DNA of 64,000 nt. Origin: Takakia lepidozioides (Eukaryota > Plantae > Bryophyta). This document shows positions 12,501 to 27,169 of this stretch, in pieces. Each line of letters begins with the position of its first letter. The first letter of the stretch is position 1. The position numbers were made by a program, and so were the translations under genes. The stretch spans positions 37,572,001 through 37,636,000 of the forward strand of contig CM060731.1 of the NCBI GenBank assembly GCA_030704615.1. Direction: 5' to 3'. The notes below the pieces were generated by a model. The model had not been told where the DNA came from and did no database searches. It worked only from the letters and a program-made list of their open reading frames with translations.

Positions 12501-13175
12501 ATTCTCTGGCAGTTTAGAGGAAGGGAAGGTCATTGTTCTTGTCTATATCTGTTGACTTTGGTTCCGAATTGAGGCAAATGGCTCGTGGAGAAAAAGTGCC
12601 GGGTGACATTGCACGTAGTTGGAACAGATCGCGCAAGCTTGGGTTCAACTGGGCGAAGTCAACCTTTCCGATCGCGGGCTTTCAAAGATGAAGGGGTGGA
12701 GGGTGCACATTGGTGTGGATGCCTCCGCCAGTATCCAACATACGGTATACGCCTCCTTAGATGTCTCACTAGCATACATATCGACAGACTGCTCTAGTAG
12801 AATCTCCTGTCATGAAACTCGTTTCGCCGGAAAAGGATGTTAGTACTTTTAAGTATGGGCATAATCTCTTGAGAAGGCCAAACCTTTTGTACAGAATTTG
12901 CTCTGGTAGCATCTGTTCAAGTGCCAGGCAATAAAAGGAAGATTTGACAGTTTAGGAGGCGCATGCTCATGATGTCGGTGGTTGTTTCTGTGGGAACTGC
13001 CAGTCACGATGTTGGTTTATTGCTTCTGTGGGATTGCTTATGTGGGATTGCTTATGTGGGATCTGATCTATTGAAGGATGGGGCTTTTTCTGTAAGACCT
13101 ATGAATGAATGGAGTTTGGGTCCTGAAAGGTAAAGACTGTTTGAGAAGCCAGGGTGATGTAATGCGCAGTAATGT

Positions 13176-13520
13176 TGAGACCATTCCAGATCCAAAGCCT
13201 GTAAATCAATGAAAACCGCTGCAACCCACTTGTAGAATATAGAGTAGTGCCAAAGAATGTGTTCATATATACACAAAAGGCGATGATTGTTTGAGAACCC
13301 AGGGAGAAACAAGAGGTCGAAAATAGTATTAAAGAACATCTTGTTGCAGGTGATGGAGGGACAGATACATAGCACTTTCGCTTACATTCAATGAAAAGCA
13401 TAGACTATGCAAAGGCCAAGGCATGACTTGAGACCATTCCAGATCCAAAGCTTTGAAAACCGCTGAACCCACTTGTAGAATAGAGACAGTAGTACAAAAT
13501 AACTTGTGTTCGTATATACA
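13176..13520. repeat. Local direct duplication of about 95 bp downstream of the ATG11 stop
   Basis: GAGACCATTCCAGATCCAAAGC...GAAAACCGCTG...ACCCACTTGTAGAATA...TGTGTTC.TATATACA at about 13177 and 13430. Confidence 0.8.
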
Positions 13521-13715
13521 AACTTCCACATAAGATCCTCTCCTCTCTGTTCCCTTTCTGTACAAATGTTCAAGCTACTGGTCACTGCTGAGGAAGCCAA
13601 CAGCCTTCAGTACACTGGAAAGAATCACGCTACACTTACCCTAAAACAGTTCAGCTTTTGCATCAGTCTAACCTCCTTCCCTCGGTTTAGACAGACATGC
13701 ACAAGCCACCTACAC

Positions 13716-14357
13716 TTAGAAACTGAGGGAAGGGGGGAAGAGATCGGGCACCATAGCCACAGTCACAAGAAAGTACTCAGTCCCCACAGGCAACCCATAC
13801 GGATTGTGACGGGCCCTTGAGGAGGTTGGAACTGTGGCTGTTGTGTCTCCCCCTGCCTGCTCACTTCCATTCAGATTTCCATCCAGGGTGTTATGTGGGG
13901 CTGGGGGAGGAGCTGGAATTGCTATCTTGCGATCAATGTGGACTATTTGGCCGACAATGTACGGGGTCCCACTTGGGAGCCCTTGCTCCCGAAAGAGAGC
14001 TATGGATTCACCCGACAAGTAGTAGTGCGGGCAGTTATGATTCATGGCTTCATAGTGGCCACTGCCATTGGGTAAGAACACTGCCAGCCCATGAACATCA
14101 AACCGTGTGAAACAAATCTTCTCCTTGCTTGCCTGCAAAATATTCCACAGTAGCTGTGTTAGTGATATGGATACAAGCAGAATCTCCTCACTGACTTGAA
14201 AAACAACTTGGAGACCTAAATCAAATAGCCATCGATCCTGGAACCTGACTGCTGTTGAGTGCCCTCAAGCTCTATATGTATGAGGAAGAGACAAAAGACG
14301 ATATTTATAACGTCCACAGGAGGTGCAGAAAGCTTATAGCAGACAATAGAACACTAC

Positions 14358-14395
<38 letters not shown>

Positions 14396-17300
14396 ATTTG
14401 CACAATACCTGCTTGTCAGACTTGCGTTTGGAGTAAAGACTTCTAAGAAGCTCAGTCTGGTTGTCCAGCTCTTTTTTCAGGTGAGATTGGTTACCCTCAG
14501 CTATTGTGCACCGGTCCAAAAGCTCTGCTCGCTGCTGAGCCAGTGTTCCCACCCTCTCTGCCAGCACTCGTATTGCTGACCGGAAGTCGATGTCCTCACC
14601 AGCATCATTTACACTCACACTGACGCCCAAAAATACAAAACACACAATTTTTCAGTCCATATGTTCTTACATGCAACTCTGCATTTCATAACGGCAAACT
14701 GCAGCCTGCACAGTACTGACATTGTGACATAAAAATCTCAAGTGAGTACATCTAAGCAAGAAGCCAGCTAGGGAAGTAAAAGGCTACCTAGACAGAGAAA
14801 CAGCAAGGGCACGCAGGGAGTCGGCAAAGCTGGCAGGGTTTCCAGAAGGTGCAGCAATGCAGCTGCGGAGGCGTTCCACAAGACCGCGGAGCCGGACACT
14901 CGATGTGCGAAGCGCATTATACTCCGCAGCCCTTCGGTCAGCAGCACAGAGATTTGTCCGAGCTTCTTCCCTGGCTTCATGCAACCGGTTCTCCAGGTGC
15001 GCACAGTTCATCTGCAGGCAGGAAGGGGTCTTCATCTATCAACAACCAACTAATATACAAGGAATCTTCACTAGACTTAGTGTCATAACATTGCGACCAT
15101 AGACTTCCAGTGGCATTTATTCAATGAGAGACAGAGGAGTTCTACAGAGTCACTATTCACATTAAGAACAGTTGAACTAGACATACAGGAAGGCAGCTAC
15201 ACATACCTGGCATTCACTCAAAAGATCAGCATTTCCTTCAAGCTCAGTGCGGAGTCGGACGACTTCGGCCAAGGCAGCATTTAGTCTGTCATCACTGGCT
15301 GCTAATAGACCATTCTTTTCGACAAGAGCAGTTTGTAAAGTCAACGCTTCTTCTCTTCCCCTCAGAAGGACCTCCACCTCATCAGCTGTCTTGTCTGAGT
15401 CCGTGGAGGGGGGCCTGGCTGCAGTGACCTCGGTGACGACACCTGTCCCCCTTTCTTCAACTCCTTGCTCTTCAGAGGAACAAGTAGTATTCACCATCTC
15501 TGGTTCCCCTATTGGCAATGGTGGCAACTCAAAAATGTGAACTGTAGACAATAAACAATGCAAGAACAAAACCTTCCACACAGTCATCTAGTGTTCAAGC
15601 CAAGTACAAGCTACCTGATGCACAGTGATGAGTACCTTCATCACCAGCCCTACTGCCAGCAGCTTCATCCTTTCTCAATTCGCCCATACCTGCATCCGAG
15701 GTTGACACCACTCCTGAATCACAGGTCATCGCACTACAGTCTTAGTCAAACACGTTAATGAGAAGGGCATTGTGGAATTGATAAGATGAAAAGCATTCAG
15801 CTTATGCTACAGAGAATTTGTCCGTACAAAAGACCTAATCCTGGGGCACAAAAGTACCACCCCATGTTGGAAATGGAAGAATGGTTTTACCTGAAACATC
15901 ACTCATGGTCTCATCTCCTCCTTCCCGAGTGCCCCCTCTCTGCCCACTGATTGAATCTGCTTGCCCATCAATGCTGGTGGTGGAGCTCGCATGCCGAACC
16001 TCAAATGCAGCAGCACTGCTAACACCTTCATCCATGGGCTCAGGGACCCCCGCAACCCCGTGCATCCTTCCTGTTCCCACTGCCGTGAGCCCAGATATCT
16101 CCGAGGATTCGAACTCCTGATCTATTCTCTCTGAAGCTCGCCCACCTTGCACTTGAACATGGCTATGGGTGTGCCGGCGATCTCCTGCCGATGCCAGCTT
16201 TTGGAGCTGCATATGCTGCTCGGAAAGTCGCTGCTCCAGCTCTCGTATACGCTTTTCATATGACCCACACTGTGCCTGCCCCACAATCAGTTTGCAATAC
16301 AGACATTAGAGATACGGCAATTGGTAACAAAAGGAAATATTTAGCTTCATGACCTACATCCCACACCAGGTAATAACTTCCCCAAAGATAGAAGAGATGG
16401 AAAGAAAGATCATATATTCACCTGCCGCATGGCAAGCATTTTATGCAAGCACTTGGCATGTTCATCTTTCAGCCGCAAAGCCTCCGCTGTTTTCTGTGCA
16501 GCAATCTGCCTGGGCCCCCTGCCCCTCTCACAGTCTCCACCTTCATCTTGGTCCTGACTATCTCCAGCTCCCTCTTCTAGTTCAAAATCTGGGTCTAAAT
16601 TGCACAGCATGGCAACAGCCGAAGCAAGCTCGGACTTGAGCCATGCATTCTCCACCTCTAACTTGCTAGTTCCTGCTATTTCGTCGCCCCCACTATTTTC
16701 TTCATTTGTGTCTATGTCTTGACCATCTCTGCTCTCTAAAATGCTGTCTGAACCACCTGCACAGGTGACAGTTATCCTTAGTATCATAGACAGACGGAAG
16801 AGTTGAGCCTGGATTGCTACTCTTTCTTCAGAACCTTTCAGAAGCATGAGAAACTCCAAACGTCAGGTCAGCATAATGCATCCACAAGGCTCACCTGCAG
16901 ACCGAAATCCACTGTCAGAGTGCAAGCGTGAACTGCCTCTCCCACTTTGATCAGACCCTGAACCCTTGAACAATGGCCCCACTGATGACTCTGGGGCATA
17001 GCGCTCCACATCAGTTATGTCAATATCGAGTAGATTCATGTCAAAGGGAGCAATGTTCACCACACACTGGCTCGGGACCTCAAACAAGCCCATAGCCTCC
17101 AGAATGTCCCGTGGAATATACACGCTCTGCACCCTCAAAAACTCCTCCCGCCGTGCCACCTCTGCCTCCCTCTTCCTTGCGAGCTTCTCTGCCAGTTGAC
17201 CAGCCTGGTGTCCATTCCCTCTTAACATTAAAATCTCCCTTACGAGTCCGTATGCCATGCATATGACCTTCAAACTGCAACACTCAAAAGCTAGCTGCTA

Positions 17301-19207
17301 TTGCACCTAGCCAAATGCAGAGAGAGAGAGAGAGAGGGCGGGTTAAGAGATAAAAACAAATTTCTCACGTCTCCTGTAGACCCAGAAGGAGAGAGAAAGA
17401 GTCAGGGAACTTCACCTGTCCCATGTAGAGCTTCATGCATGCTTTTCGTCTCACAACTTCTGCTAAGCATGCCTTGTAAGCCGACCCTACCCGCCGGACC
17501 AGCTTCAATTCCGCAAAGATGTCATCTTGCCGAGTCATGGCCTCCTTAAACACCGCCAACTGATTTCGCATATCCCTTATGTTGGACTGCAAAGCAGCAA
17601 CACTCTGAAGCCGAGTATGGACACAAACATTCATCGCATTTTTGCTCGTCTTACAGTAATCTAGGAGTTTTCCAAGCTCGCCATCACAGGCTTCCATTCT
17701 AGGGAGATGGTTCTTATCATGTACTTCGTACATAGGCTCCAAAGCAGAGACAGCATCATGTGGCCGGAGGGAAGCTGAGAATTGCGTACTCACACAGTCG
17801 TCCACCAACTTTTTGACAGTGTTTACATCTTTGCTGAAGAGAACAAAAACAATTGTTGGTACTTTAGAGGCATAACTTAAACTACGTATTCGTATTCGAA
17901 ACCCACTTTCAAATTTGGGTTTCACTACACTGTCATACTCCACTATTGTTGACCACCACCTGCTTCGAAAATGGCAGCAAAATATGCCTGCAATTCTTTA
18001 CAAACACTGGGGCCTTGGCCATCTTCAATAGAGTTGAACTAAGAACTCAAGTAAGCTCAATCCTGAGTAACCCACAGCATATGGGCAGATAATATTGACA
18101 CAGTCAGAGGTAATTCAGAGTCTAGGGCTGGGATTCTGTGCACAGAATTCCAAATATTCAACTAGATACCAGACAAATGAAAGGCCCTGTGATTAGGGCG
18201 GTTCAGAATGAGAGAGAAACCTCCAAGCAAACTGTAACTTCACCCACTTCTCTCAAGTTTTCCAGACTCTGTGCACTTAGAAAAGAGAGGGAACGGACAC
18301 CTGACCTGAGGGACTGGATGATGCTGGCTTGCTCCTCCGTGAACCGAACATGGTCTTCAATAGTGTCCTCCAGGTCCCGGACATCAACAGCTGATGGGGT
18401 GTAAAACAGGGTTTGAACACTGCGCTGGAGCTCGACATACAAAGTCTTCAGTTCAGCTACTTTCCCCCCAAACTGCTTATGGGAAAAGGCACAATCTTCA
18501 GCCCATTTCCTAAGGCTGGCTTCCTTCACACAATCTAGCAGAGTCCTTCGTGCATCAGACCGAAGGCTCGGATGCAGTTTGCATGACCTCAGCCGATCCA
18601 AATCACGCTGAAAATGCGCCAGCAAATCTGAATGCTGTTTGTGCTGTCGAGTAAAATGCCTCAGGAATTCGTTGAACGCATGGTCTATGATCTTGTAGTA
18701 GAAATCCATATTCCCTCGTGCAGTTTCGAGTGCCATATCTTGAACTTTTTGCTCTCTCAACAGTCTGCGAGAAGCTTCAAACCTCCTCTGACTTGCACTG
18801 AATATGGCATGTCCCTTTTGAAAGTGGAATTTGAACAGGCGCTCATAAGTGGGGAGAGCTTTGAGAGCCGGGTCAATTGCTTCATCCAGTGGGTGCCCGC
18901 CATGGCCCCGAGGTGGGTCCGGAGGCATAACAATGCTAATAGCCTCTGCTTCCTCTGGGGCTGGCGGCGGACAGTCAGACACAAGCCGTGCTCGATTGAA
19001 GAGAAAGACATGGCGTGCCTCCGCAGGCAGCTTGTAGCTCCCCAGAGTCTTGTGGGGTTCTAGTCTTGTATCTCCACATATAAGCATTTGATCATGAATA
19101 GGTATCCCAGACGAGGACACAAGACAGTTTTGTACTATTTCTACACTTGTCATGGGTTGGCAGGCTAGTTCTGTGGACTGCCCATTCTCTGCTACGTAGA
19201 TCAACAT
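13716..19207 (-). CDS. ATG11: Autophagy-related protein 11 (ATG11/RB1CC1-like), 10 exons
   Basis: GT-AG exons 19207-18306, 17833-17416, 17204-16895, 16756-16422, 16275-15891, 15713-15615, 15541-15207, 15011-14788, 14619-14409 and 14132-13716. N-terminal MLIYVAENG...HPLDEAIDPALKALPTYERLF, ATG17-like region SLRPHDAVSALEPMYEVH, and C-terminal ATG11 domain YIVGQIVHI...NPYGLPVGTEYFLVTVAM. Confidence 0.95.
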
Positions 19208-22200
19208 CTTGATGACTTCAAGAGACCTCCTCTAACCTGTGTTGGTCGGCGTCTATTCTGACTACTAGCCCTTCTCCTGGGTCAGTCCCAGATGGGGGAA
19301 CACCCCAAAGAATGGTTTTTTGTCTGTAACCCACAAGCTATGGCAACCCCTAAGCACCAAGAGAATGTCTCTTGCGAGAGCACACAATTCTTCCTCTCAA
19401 CCTACATGAAATGCTACTGCTCGCCCCATAATGTCAACCATAAAACTGCATTCACATCTGCCGCAAACCATCGCTTCTCTTCTTAGGGTGTAGGAACCCA
19501 AATTCCAACAAAGATTCTCTCTTTCTCTCTTTTCCAAGCCACTTCACTCTGAAAATTGCCAATGAAATGCTCAAAATGTTGGTGGCACTTGTTTCAAACT
19601 CAAATAGTTAAATGTAAGTTGCAAATTGCAATATTTCAAAAAGAAATTTGAGCCCCCACTATGCACAAGGCTTTCGCACCCGAAAACCGGTAAGCTGCCA
19701 ACAAGAGGATAACCTTCAGAATGTCTCTTCAAATCTCTGACGTCCTCCCCTTAAATCCCCACATATTCACCCTCGATGATAATCCTCAATAGAAGGGCGC
19801 TCTGGCAAATTGGTGCTACGCTCATACCCTGGAGGGTTAAAACCCCACGACCAGCTCTGGGAAAGTTGTATCTCGGAGGGACTGTCCGCCCTCTTACCAC
19901 CTTTCACAAAGCAATGAGTAAAAGGACTTTCTGTCGTCCTCCAACACCCAGCTTTCGCCTTGTAATCTGTTCTCAGGCGTCCCTCCGATGCATCCCAACT
20001 CTCCCAGTGATTGTTTTCCAGATTCCGCCAAATTGGTAATTACTATCTGAACTCAAATCAATTGAAGGCTATGATCGAAACAGCCTCACTCAACTCCGGG
20101 ACCAAATCCTCCTAATTCTCACAACCCTCTTCAGTGCTCTCAATGACTAGTCAAAGTTGAATCTCTCTTAATTGCCAACAAATTCCACCGAAACTTGTAA
20201 GAAGGTATATGCTCTCACAACAGTGCTCAGACAAATTGCAGAAGAGAAGGAGGAGGGTAGAGGGACACTAGCGAGGGAGAACTTTGTCTGTTAGTCGCCC
20301 AGTGGAGGTAGTGAAAGGGTTAGAGTAGAGAGAGACTGTCCACGCAAACGCCAAGGGTTTCGCGGGATGCTAAAGCGGCACCTTACGAGTATGATGCTTT
20401 CTTTACTTTAGAACTTGAGCATCTTCCTCAGAGAAGAAAAGTAGATGTCAGCGGGACGGAAAGAGAGTGCTCGTCGTTGCGAGATTATAACCACTACCAC
20501 TTGAGCAGCCACCTCATAGACTCAACTCCCGAAGAACAGCGGGAAGCGAACACCAGAGGCCTCTCCGAGTGTCTCCGAGTGTGTCGCTTTCTTGGAGGGA
20601 AGATTCGAGCAGTGATTAGACAGCCGAGGAGAGCAGAGGTTTTCCCAAGAATCGGGAAAACGGAGAGACGGACCCGCCCCTGTATTGAGTATGGCAGTCT
20701 CTTCAAAAGAAGACAATTCGGGGAGGGGATTCTGAGACAAGTCGTCGTCGAAACCCCAAGAGATTGATCCCTGAGGAAGGAGAAGAGTAACAGATGGGAT
20801 TACTCCACAAGCAAGCTATAGCGGAGCTTGCCTGATCTGCCCCCCACGCAAAGACCCTCTCTCTCTCGCTCACACCAACACTCCTCCCACGCATACATTA
20901 CAAACAACCCTCGGGGGCCCACCGGCCCAGTCGGTATCCTACCGGCCAGCCGTACAGGAGGACCGGCCATAATAGATGTGAAACCGGCGCCCGTGGATGT
21001 GAACCGCCTGCAATGGATGAACCACCGTGGCTCGCTCCTACCACCGCCTTGAGTCTGGGCATTTGTTTTTCTTGTGATTCTCTGGCGAAATTTCGCACTT
21101 TTTCGACCTCAGAAACAGATCGAATATTCTGTCGTAAATTCACTATTTGAACAGAAAGTATGCCACTCCTGTTATTTTCCAAATTTGAAAAATAAAACAC
21201 CGTCTGCTTGTTGCATTGCCACACAACTTCCCTATAGATAGGTACACGCAAATTATTTTATTTTATTTTATTTTATAACAATCTCAACTAGTAGCCTTTC
21301 AAATTTTTATATTTCATAAAAGGGCATAAATATAATTAAATACAGCAGCCTCTCATTAGTTCCCCATTGTTTTTAATATTTTACTATTTTTATCTTTATA
21401 CTTTTATATTTTTGGTTTTTCTAGTTTGTGCCTACATTTGGCAAAATCGATAAATGAGGAAGCCTAGAAGTCGTAGGTACTGAGCGGATGATTTCTCCGA
21501 TGCAACATCCGGACGCGGTGCCACGTTCGCGGGCGGGTCACAGAAAGCACAACACGTGGGAATATTAGAAATATTATATATTTCGTTTATTCTATTTTTG
21601 TGTGTATATCAGTATAATACTAATATTCTAGGGGTTCAATTCTACGGCTTCTATATTCTATATGAGTACGCAAGGGTAGCTTTCGCCACGTGGCACCCAG
21701 ACGCTTCCCCGACAAATTCTAATAATTGTGGGCCCGGCCCGTTGTTTCACATCCATCTGGTAGAAACTTCATCCATCCAACGGAACCAGTAGCCCCTCTA
21801 GTATGGAGAAGACATCTGTCAGCTTTTTCTTATTTGTTTTTCTGTCAGCTTTAGAGCTACTACAAGTTTTTTCTATATACTCTACTTGGATGCTCTTAGC
21901 CATTTTATTTATTTTTTCTCAAACAGGAATCACTGATTTACATATTATTAACATCTTAAGTATAATTAATAATTATGTAGAGTTCAATGTTTAATAACTC
22001 TTAAAATATTATGAAAAAAATTGTACCTCTTCTGCCAAAAAATAAAATAAAATAATAAAAAAAGCCCTAGGGGTGCACCCCGTTTCTTTTCAGCTATGGC
22101 TCAAGGAATAGTGCGCATGAGCCGTGTTTTAGGAGATACCGAGTGTGAATGCAAAATTTAAAGCGGCTTGGGAATAATGAAAAAAAAGTAAGGAGTACCT

Positions 22201-22350
22201 GGGTAGGCTACAAGTGAATAATGTTTTGAGATTCTTGCAATATTTTATATTCTGAAAGCTGTACGCTTCTCTCTTTGCATTTGTCCCTTCCTCCCCCCCC
22301 CCTTTTTTTTATTTTCCCAAAAAGGGTAACGGAGCCCCTGGATTAATACA

Positions 22351-22555
22351 ACCAGTCAGTAGCATAGAGTGCCACCCAGATCCTGGGGTCAAATCCTGTT
22401 ACATTGTTGGGTGTGGTATGTTCTTGTCCCCCCTTCCTTTGGGCGGTGTCCACCAGAAGGCCTCACGGCGAGGTTACTGTTCTCCTCTCAGTATATTAAG
22501 GGGCCTGATTCGTGAGCTGTCGCTCCCTTGTAAAGACTTAAAAATAAGAAAATAA
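22351..22555 (+). mobile_element. Diverged copy of the tRNA-derived SINE family
   Basis: B-box-like GGTCAAATCC at about 22387. The 3' end GGGCCTGATTCGTGAGCTGTCGCTCCC matches the SINE 3' end GGGCCTGAATTGTGGGCTGTCGCTCCC. An A-rich tail follows. Confidence 0.55.
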
Positions 22556-23099
22556 TCACCTATTTAATAACCGATTGTTATAGATATGAGGAATGGAGGA
22601 GAAGGGCGAGAGCTTTTCAGGGTTTGTGAAGGAGCTTTCTCTAGGCTACGGTGACTCTGGTTCCTCTACCCTTTCCCGGTGCTTCGGTCTCCCATTGTGA
22701 AGCCCTTCCTATGGTCTCCATGTTGTTCGGTTAGAGCTCCTTCACGGTTTATGCGATATAGTGGCTCTCCGCTCTTCCCTTCTTTTTCTCGTTCCTTCGT
22801 CACCAGGATACTCTCCGCTCGTTCTGTCTAGCTGATGAATAGCTCTTCTCCGTCCTCCAACCTTCCCTCATTCATTCATACCTCTTGTTTTCTGTGCCCC
22901 ATAGGGTGTCGAGGCTGGCGGCTTCCTGGCTAGTGTCCAGAGCTTCTTTCAAGTCCCTCTTTACTCTGTCGGCGCTCCTCTTCATATCCTCCTCTTCCCG
23001 CCGAAGCTCCCTTCAAGAGTCGTTTGTTTTTAATCTTTTTTAGGCTCTGACTCCCCTGGCTCTGTCCCCCGGATTTGTTTCTTCTGATGGATGCTTTGA

Positions 23100-24450
23100 A
23101 GCTAAGTCATGTCGTCTTCTCCCCCTCCCTCCCTGAGCTTCCTTCCTTTGATGTCGCACATACCCCTCCCTTGGTGTCTGATCTGCCGGATTTCTCTTTT
23201 CCTCTGCCCCCAGTACCGACGAAGGATTCTTTTGTCTCTGCGGTGCCATAGCACAAGAGGAACAACAGAGGAGTCGATAGGCACAGGCACAAAGGTCCCC
23301 CCAGATGCAATATGAACATCGATCGCAATGTAAATCGCAATGGAGGGCGTTTTGCTCATAATAGTCCCGGGGTTTTGGGAAACACACCAGCTTCCTCCTC
23401 CTTCGACCCATCCCTTGATTCTTACCAGCTGTGGAGCGAGAATGAGGGGGTGGTTGACGAGAGTCAACCGACGCTTAATATGAAGCTGGTCAAGGAGCAC
23501 TCTCTTCTGCTCAAGGAAACGGGCATTCTCGTCCACTTTCTGGGTCGCGCCAGAGACAGGCACTAGGCCAGAACTTAGGCTTTCGAACACCTTGGCCCGC
23601 AAGGAGGGCTCACACATCATTTTTGCATCCCCCTCAGGCGTGACTTCCACTCCTTTATGTTTTCATCAGCGGAGCATGCAGAGAAGGCTCTAAAGTTCAA
23701 CACCCTCAAGTCCAAATATAGAGTGAATCTATTTCCTTGATCTTCGGAGTGGGGGCACAAAAAAGGATTACCTGTAAACCCAGAGTCATAGCTTTACCGT
23801 CCCTCCTGGGCAACTATCTACGATCCTTGCCAGAGATTGGAGCACACTTCGGTGCTTTTATCGGATCCATTTTGCCGAATGATCATTTCTTCCCCGACCC
23901 ACACTCTGTGGACAATGAGCACGATGCTTTTGACAGGCATAGGGACAGTGGAATTCCGAGAGTGGTGGTTATCATGCCAGAGAAGGCTACAATTCCCCAT
24001 ACCATCAAACTCCCTTCCTTGGATGGCTCTTTCAATTCAGTTGTTGTTTAGGAAGAAATTCTATCTATTGTCTGTCACCATTATCACCGGGAGGGCCATG
24101 TTCAAGCGGATTGCCCGGACTTGCCAGGTAAGGTTTTTGAGATTCTTTCCCCTCATCCCCTTGCGGCCATGGAGGGCAATTCAAGGCTTGGTGGTCTTAT
24201 GCCTCCTTCCCCCTTGGTTAGGAAAAGGCCTGACACCTCGCCCCTCGACCAACCCCCAGCAAAACGCTTTCGTGACTCTATTATGGGCTCCCCGTCAATC
24301 AGTCCTAGGATTTATCTCCTGCCTGCAAATCCGCTAGCGTCTTCTTCTATCCGCCCCTCTCCGCCGGCTGTCTTTCCAAGGGGTTTAGCCACACCAAGCT
24401 AGGGTTTGTGTCTCTTGGACTCTAGGCTTCTTTGCACCGAGCTATGGTGG
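23100..24450 (+). mobile_element. L1 LINE ORF1 (degenerate)
   Basis: RRM/DUF4283-like segments (FMFSSAEHAEKALK; EIGAHFGAFIGS...IPRVVV), a zinc knuckle VCHHYHREGHVQADCP at about 24070-24120, and a Pro/Ser-rich tail. Interrupted by stops and frameshifts. Confidence 0.75.
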
Positions 24451-24451
24451 C

Positions 24452-26155
24452 TGTGAGGAAATCAGCAAGGTATTCTTGCTCTTTATGGCTCCCACACACC
24501 ACCAATAGTAGCTCTAATTCCAAAGGAAGATGTTTGCAATCAAAACTAAGTGCACAAGCTTCCTTGTAACTCACAAAACAGCGCCATTGATCCCTATGGT
24601 GACTAACCAAACATGGCTGACTTCCAACCCTTGTAGGCACTCATTCACGCACTTTTATTGACCATAGCACGCCCCTTCGCACCTAATCCAGCTCCTGCAC
24701 TTGCTGCTTCAAGAGTTGTGCTCCCTTCAAGCTTGAAGTTGAAACCCCAACTCACATATGCCCTACAAGTGCTTTTCTTTCACCCCAAGTGAAAACCAGC
24801 CCTAGCCCTTCCGTTCTAGCTCTCTAAGGCTTGAAAACAAGAGCCTCAATGAGTTGAAGGCATGCTCCACACATGCCCCACTCTCACCATAAGAGAATCA
24901 GCTCCTTTGCTTCATTTCTTGCACCCACAAACCTAAAAAAACAAGCTTCAGCGGGCTAAAAGCATGCTCCACATATGCCCTACAGGGAAACCAGCCCCTT
25001 CCTTCTTTTCTTGCACTCCCAAACCTGAAAGTACAAGCCTTCAACAGGCTGAAAGCATGCTCCACACATGCATTGCCCTCACATAAGGGAAGTCAGCCCT
25101 TCCCTCTTCCTTGCTTGCCCTCCAAGCTTGAAGATGGAAGCTTCAATGAGCTGAATACATGCTCCACACATGCAACCCCTTCACACAAGAGGTATCAGCC
25201 CCCTATCTTGGCTCTTTGGCTCCTTGATGCTCTTTAAGACAAGACTAAGCACTCCACAGCCTTTGCCAAGCTCCTGAAACCCTAAGGCTTACATTTCCAG
25301 CCACAAGACACTCATCTTGTGGTGCAAGAGCTCTTCTTCCAAGCTCTGAAACCCTAGGTGCACATTCCATGGCCTTGCCACACCTCTTAGCTCATGTTCC
25401 AGCCCTGCTCTTGCCATGACAACAGCCTTCTCAATGCTGAAGCTCGAGATTGAAACCCAATCTCAACATACTCCACAAAGTGCACTGATTTGATCCAAGC
25501 CAAATCAGCCCTTTAGCTTGGTCTTGCAATCCTTCACACAATGAAAGTTCGCATTCCCAAGGTCAGTTCTCAGCTTTGCCACCAAAGCCACTATAACCTG
25601 CTCTTGACTGATCCTCTTCCCAATCGTGTTTGCTCATGCATGTACGCAATCTGAAACCATCAAGGTGCTCTGGAATTACCTGCAGCATGGTGCTTTCATC
25701 TCTGAAGCTGAAGATCGAATGCCAAGGTCTACCACCTCGTAACCCACATCGCCTCCGCTCCTAACAACCACGAACTTGATGATGCTCCTCGCATCCAAAC
25801 CTAATTTCTCTCATTCTCAAGCAAAAACCACAAGTGCTACAACTAACTCGTATCTAGCACTCACAAATACGAGCTGATATTTCTCGAGTGATAAAGAAGA
25901 AGAATACAACCACAAGCTCATGCAAGCTCACAAAGCTGAAGCATAAACTCATGCATATATAACCTCATCACTCAAATACAAGTCAAGTCAAGTGCACCCC
26001 ACGCCACGGGGAATCCACACTATGGCGCCATAGCTAGGCGCGGTGAGGCTCAACTCGAGAAAAGGGCCTAAATCTGCCTTGACCCCTGGATTGACACTTG
26101 GGCCAATCCCAAATGTCAATATGTAAAAGCTAGCTATTTCCTAGCTAGTTTCACA
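24452..26155. mobile_element. Solo-LTR-like insertion with internal tandem repeats of about 100 bp
   Basis: Termini are TGTGA...TCACA. The unit ...GCATGCTCCACACATGC...CAGCCC... recurs at about 24860, 24962, 25056 and 25158. Non-coding. No matching TSD is visible. Confidence 0.5.
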
Positions 26156-26479
26156 CTAGTGGTAAAATAACTTGACAGCAAAAGGTGAATGCCTGTTGGA
26201 TTACAGAGAGTAGAAGATGCAATTGAGCATAGGAACTGGTGTGATAAGTTGAGCTGGGTGTTTCCCAAAACAATTCGAGGCTTTCATTGTCATCTGCTAG
26301 CAACAAGGCAAGGATGAATGCATGATTTGTGCAGATCAGGCATGGATAGCTGAAGGAGCAGAGATAGAGTGTGGGTCCAGAATCATGCTCTGTTCTTCCC
26401 TCTTCACCTTTCCTCCTTTCAGGTGATCCTCCTCTTAATTCTAGTGCCTTTGTTTGTTGCATTGCAGTATGGTTCCCCC

Positions 26480-26630
26480 GTGTGCACATGATCCATTTCT
26501 CCACAGTGTGGAGAGACGGTCTATGGCTCCCACTCTAGGGATCAAGGGAAAGATGTGGAGAGTTGTCCATAATTTGCATGCTCACACCAAAATGTTGTGT
26601 CAACGGTTAATGGACAGAAGTCCCCCTTTC
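26480..26630 (+). mobile_element. Fragment of a non-L1 LINE reverse transcriptase
   Basis: The peptide LGIKGKMWRVVHNLH resembles the (L)GI.GK(M/L)WR.I..LY segment that follows the D..KAFD motif in non-LTR RTs. Confidence 0.5.
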
Positions 26631-27169
26631 ATGTTGAATTATTCAAGTAAGCTAATTGGGTGGATGCAACTCACATGTATGCTGAGTGCAGGAGCCTCGT
26701 GGATGTAGCAGGAAGCAACAGCAGCAATTGTACACTTGATAAAATCGGGTACCCTCATCTTCAATACATTTCAGCTTGTTTTGTCCTCTTTTCAGAGTAG
26801 TCCCTAATTGTCCAGCGAAGGGGAGGATGTATATGGATTATGGGTGTTGTGGTAGAGATATCTAAAGGGGCACACAAAGTAGGGCTGGTTCTGTTTTCAA
26901 TGCACATGGTGCTACTTACAAAAGTATTCGATCAAAAATACAGGGTGATGAACTTGTGCCCTTAGACTGTGTTTGAGGAGCTAGATTCTGGGACAGCAAC
27001 GCTATTTTGTAAATCTGACTGGTAGTTGTTTAAGAGAATCTCTTTTCACATCTGTTGTTGGCTTCAGTGTCTCTGTTATGTCATTTGCACTTTGTCACTT
27101 TGTTCTTTCTTGTGAATGATGGTGTGTTATGATTTTCCAAATAATATTAAAAACCAAATTCTCAAACAA

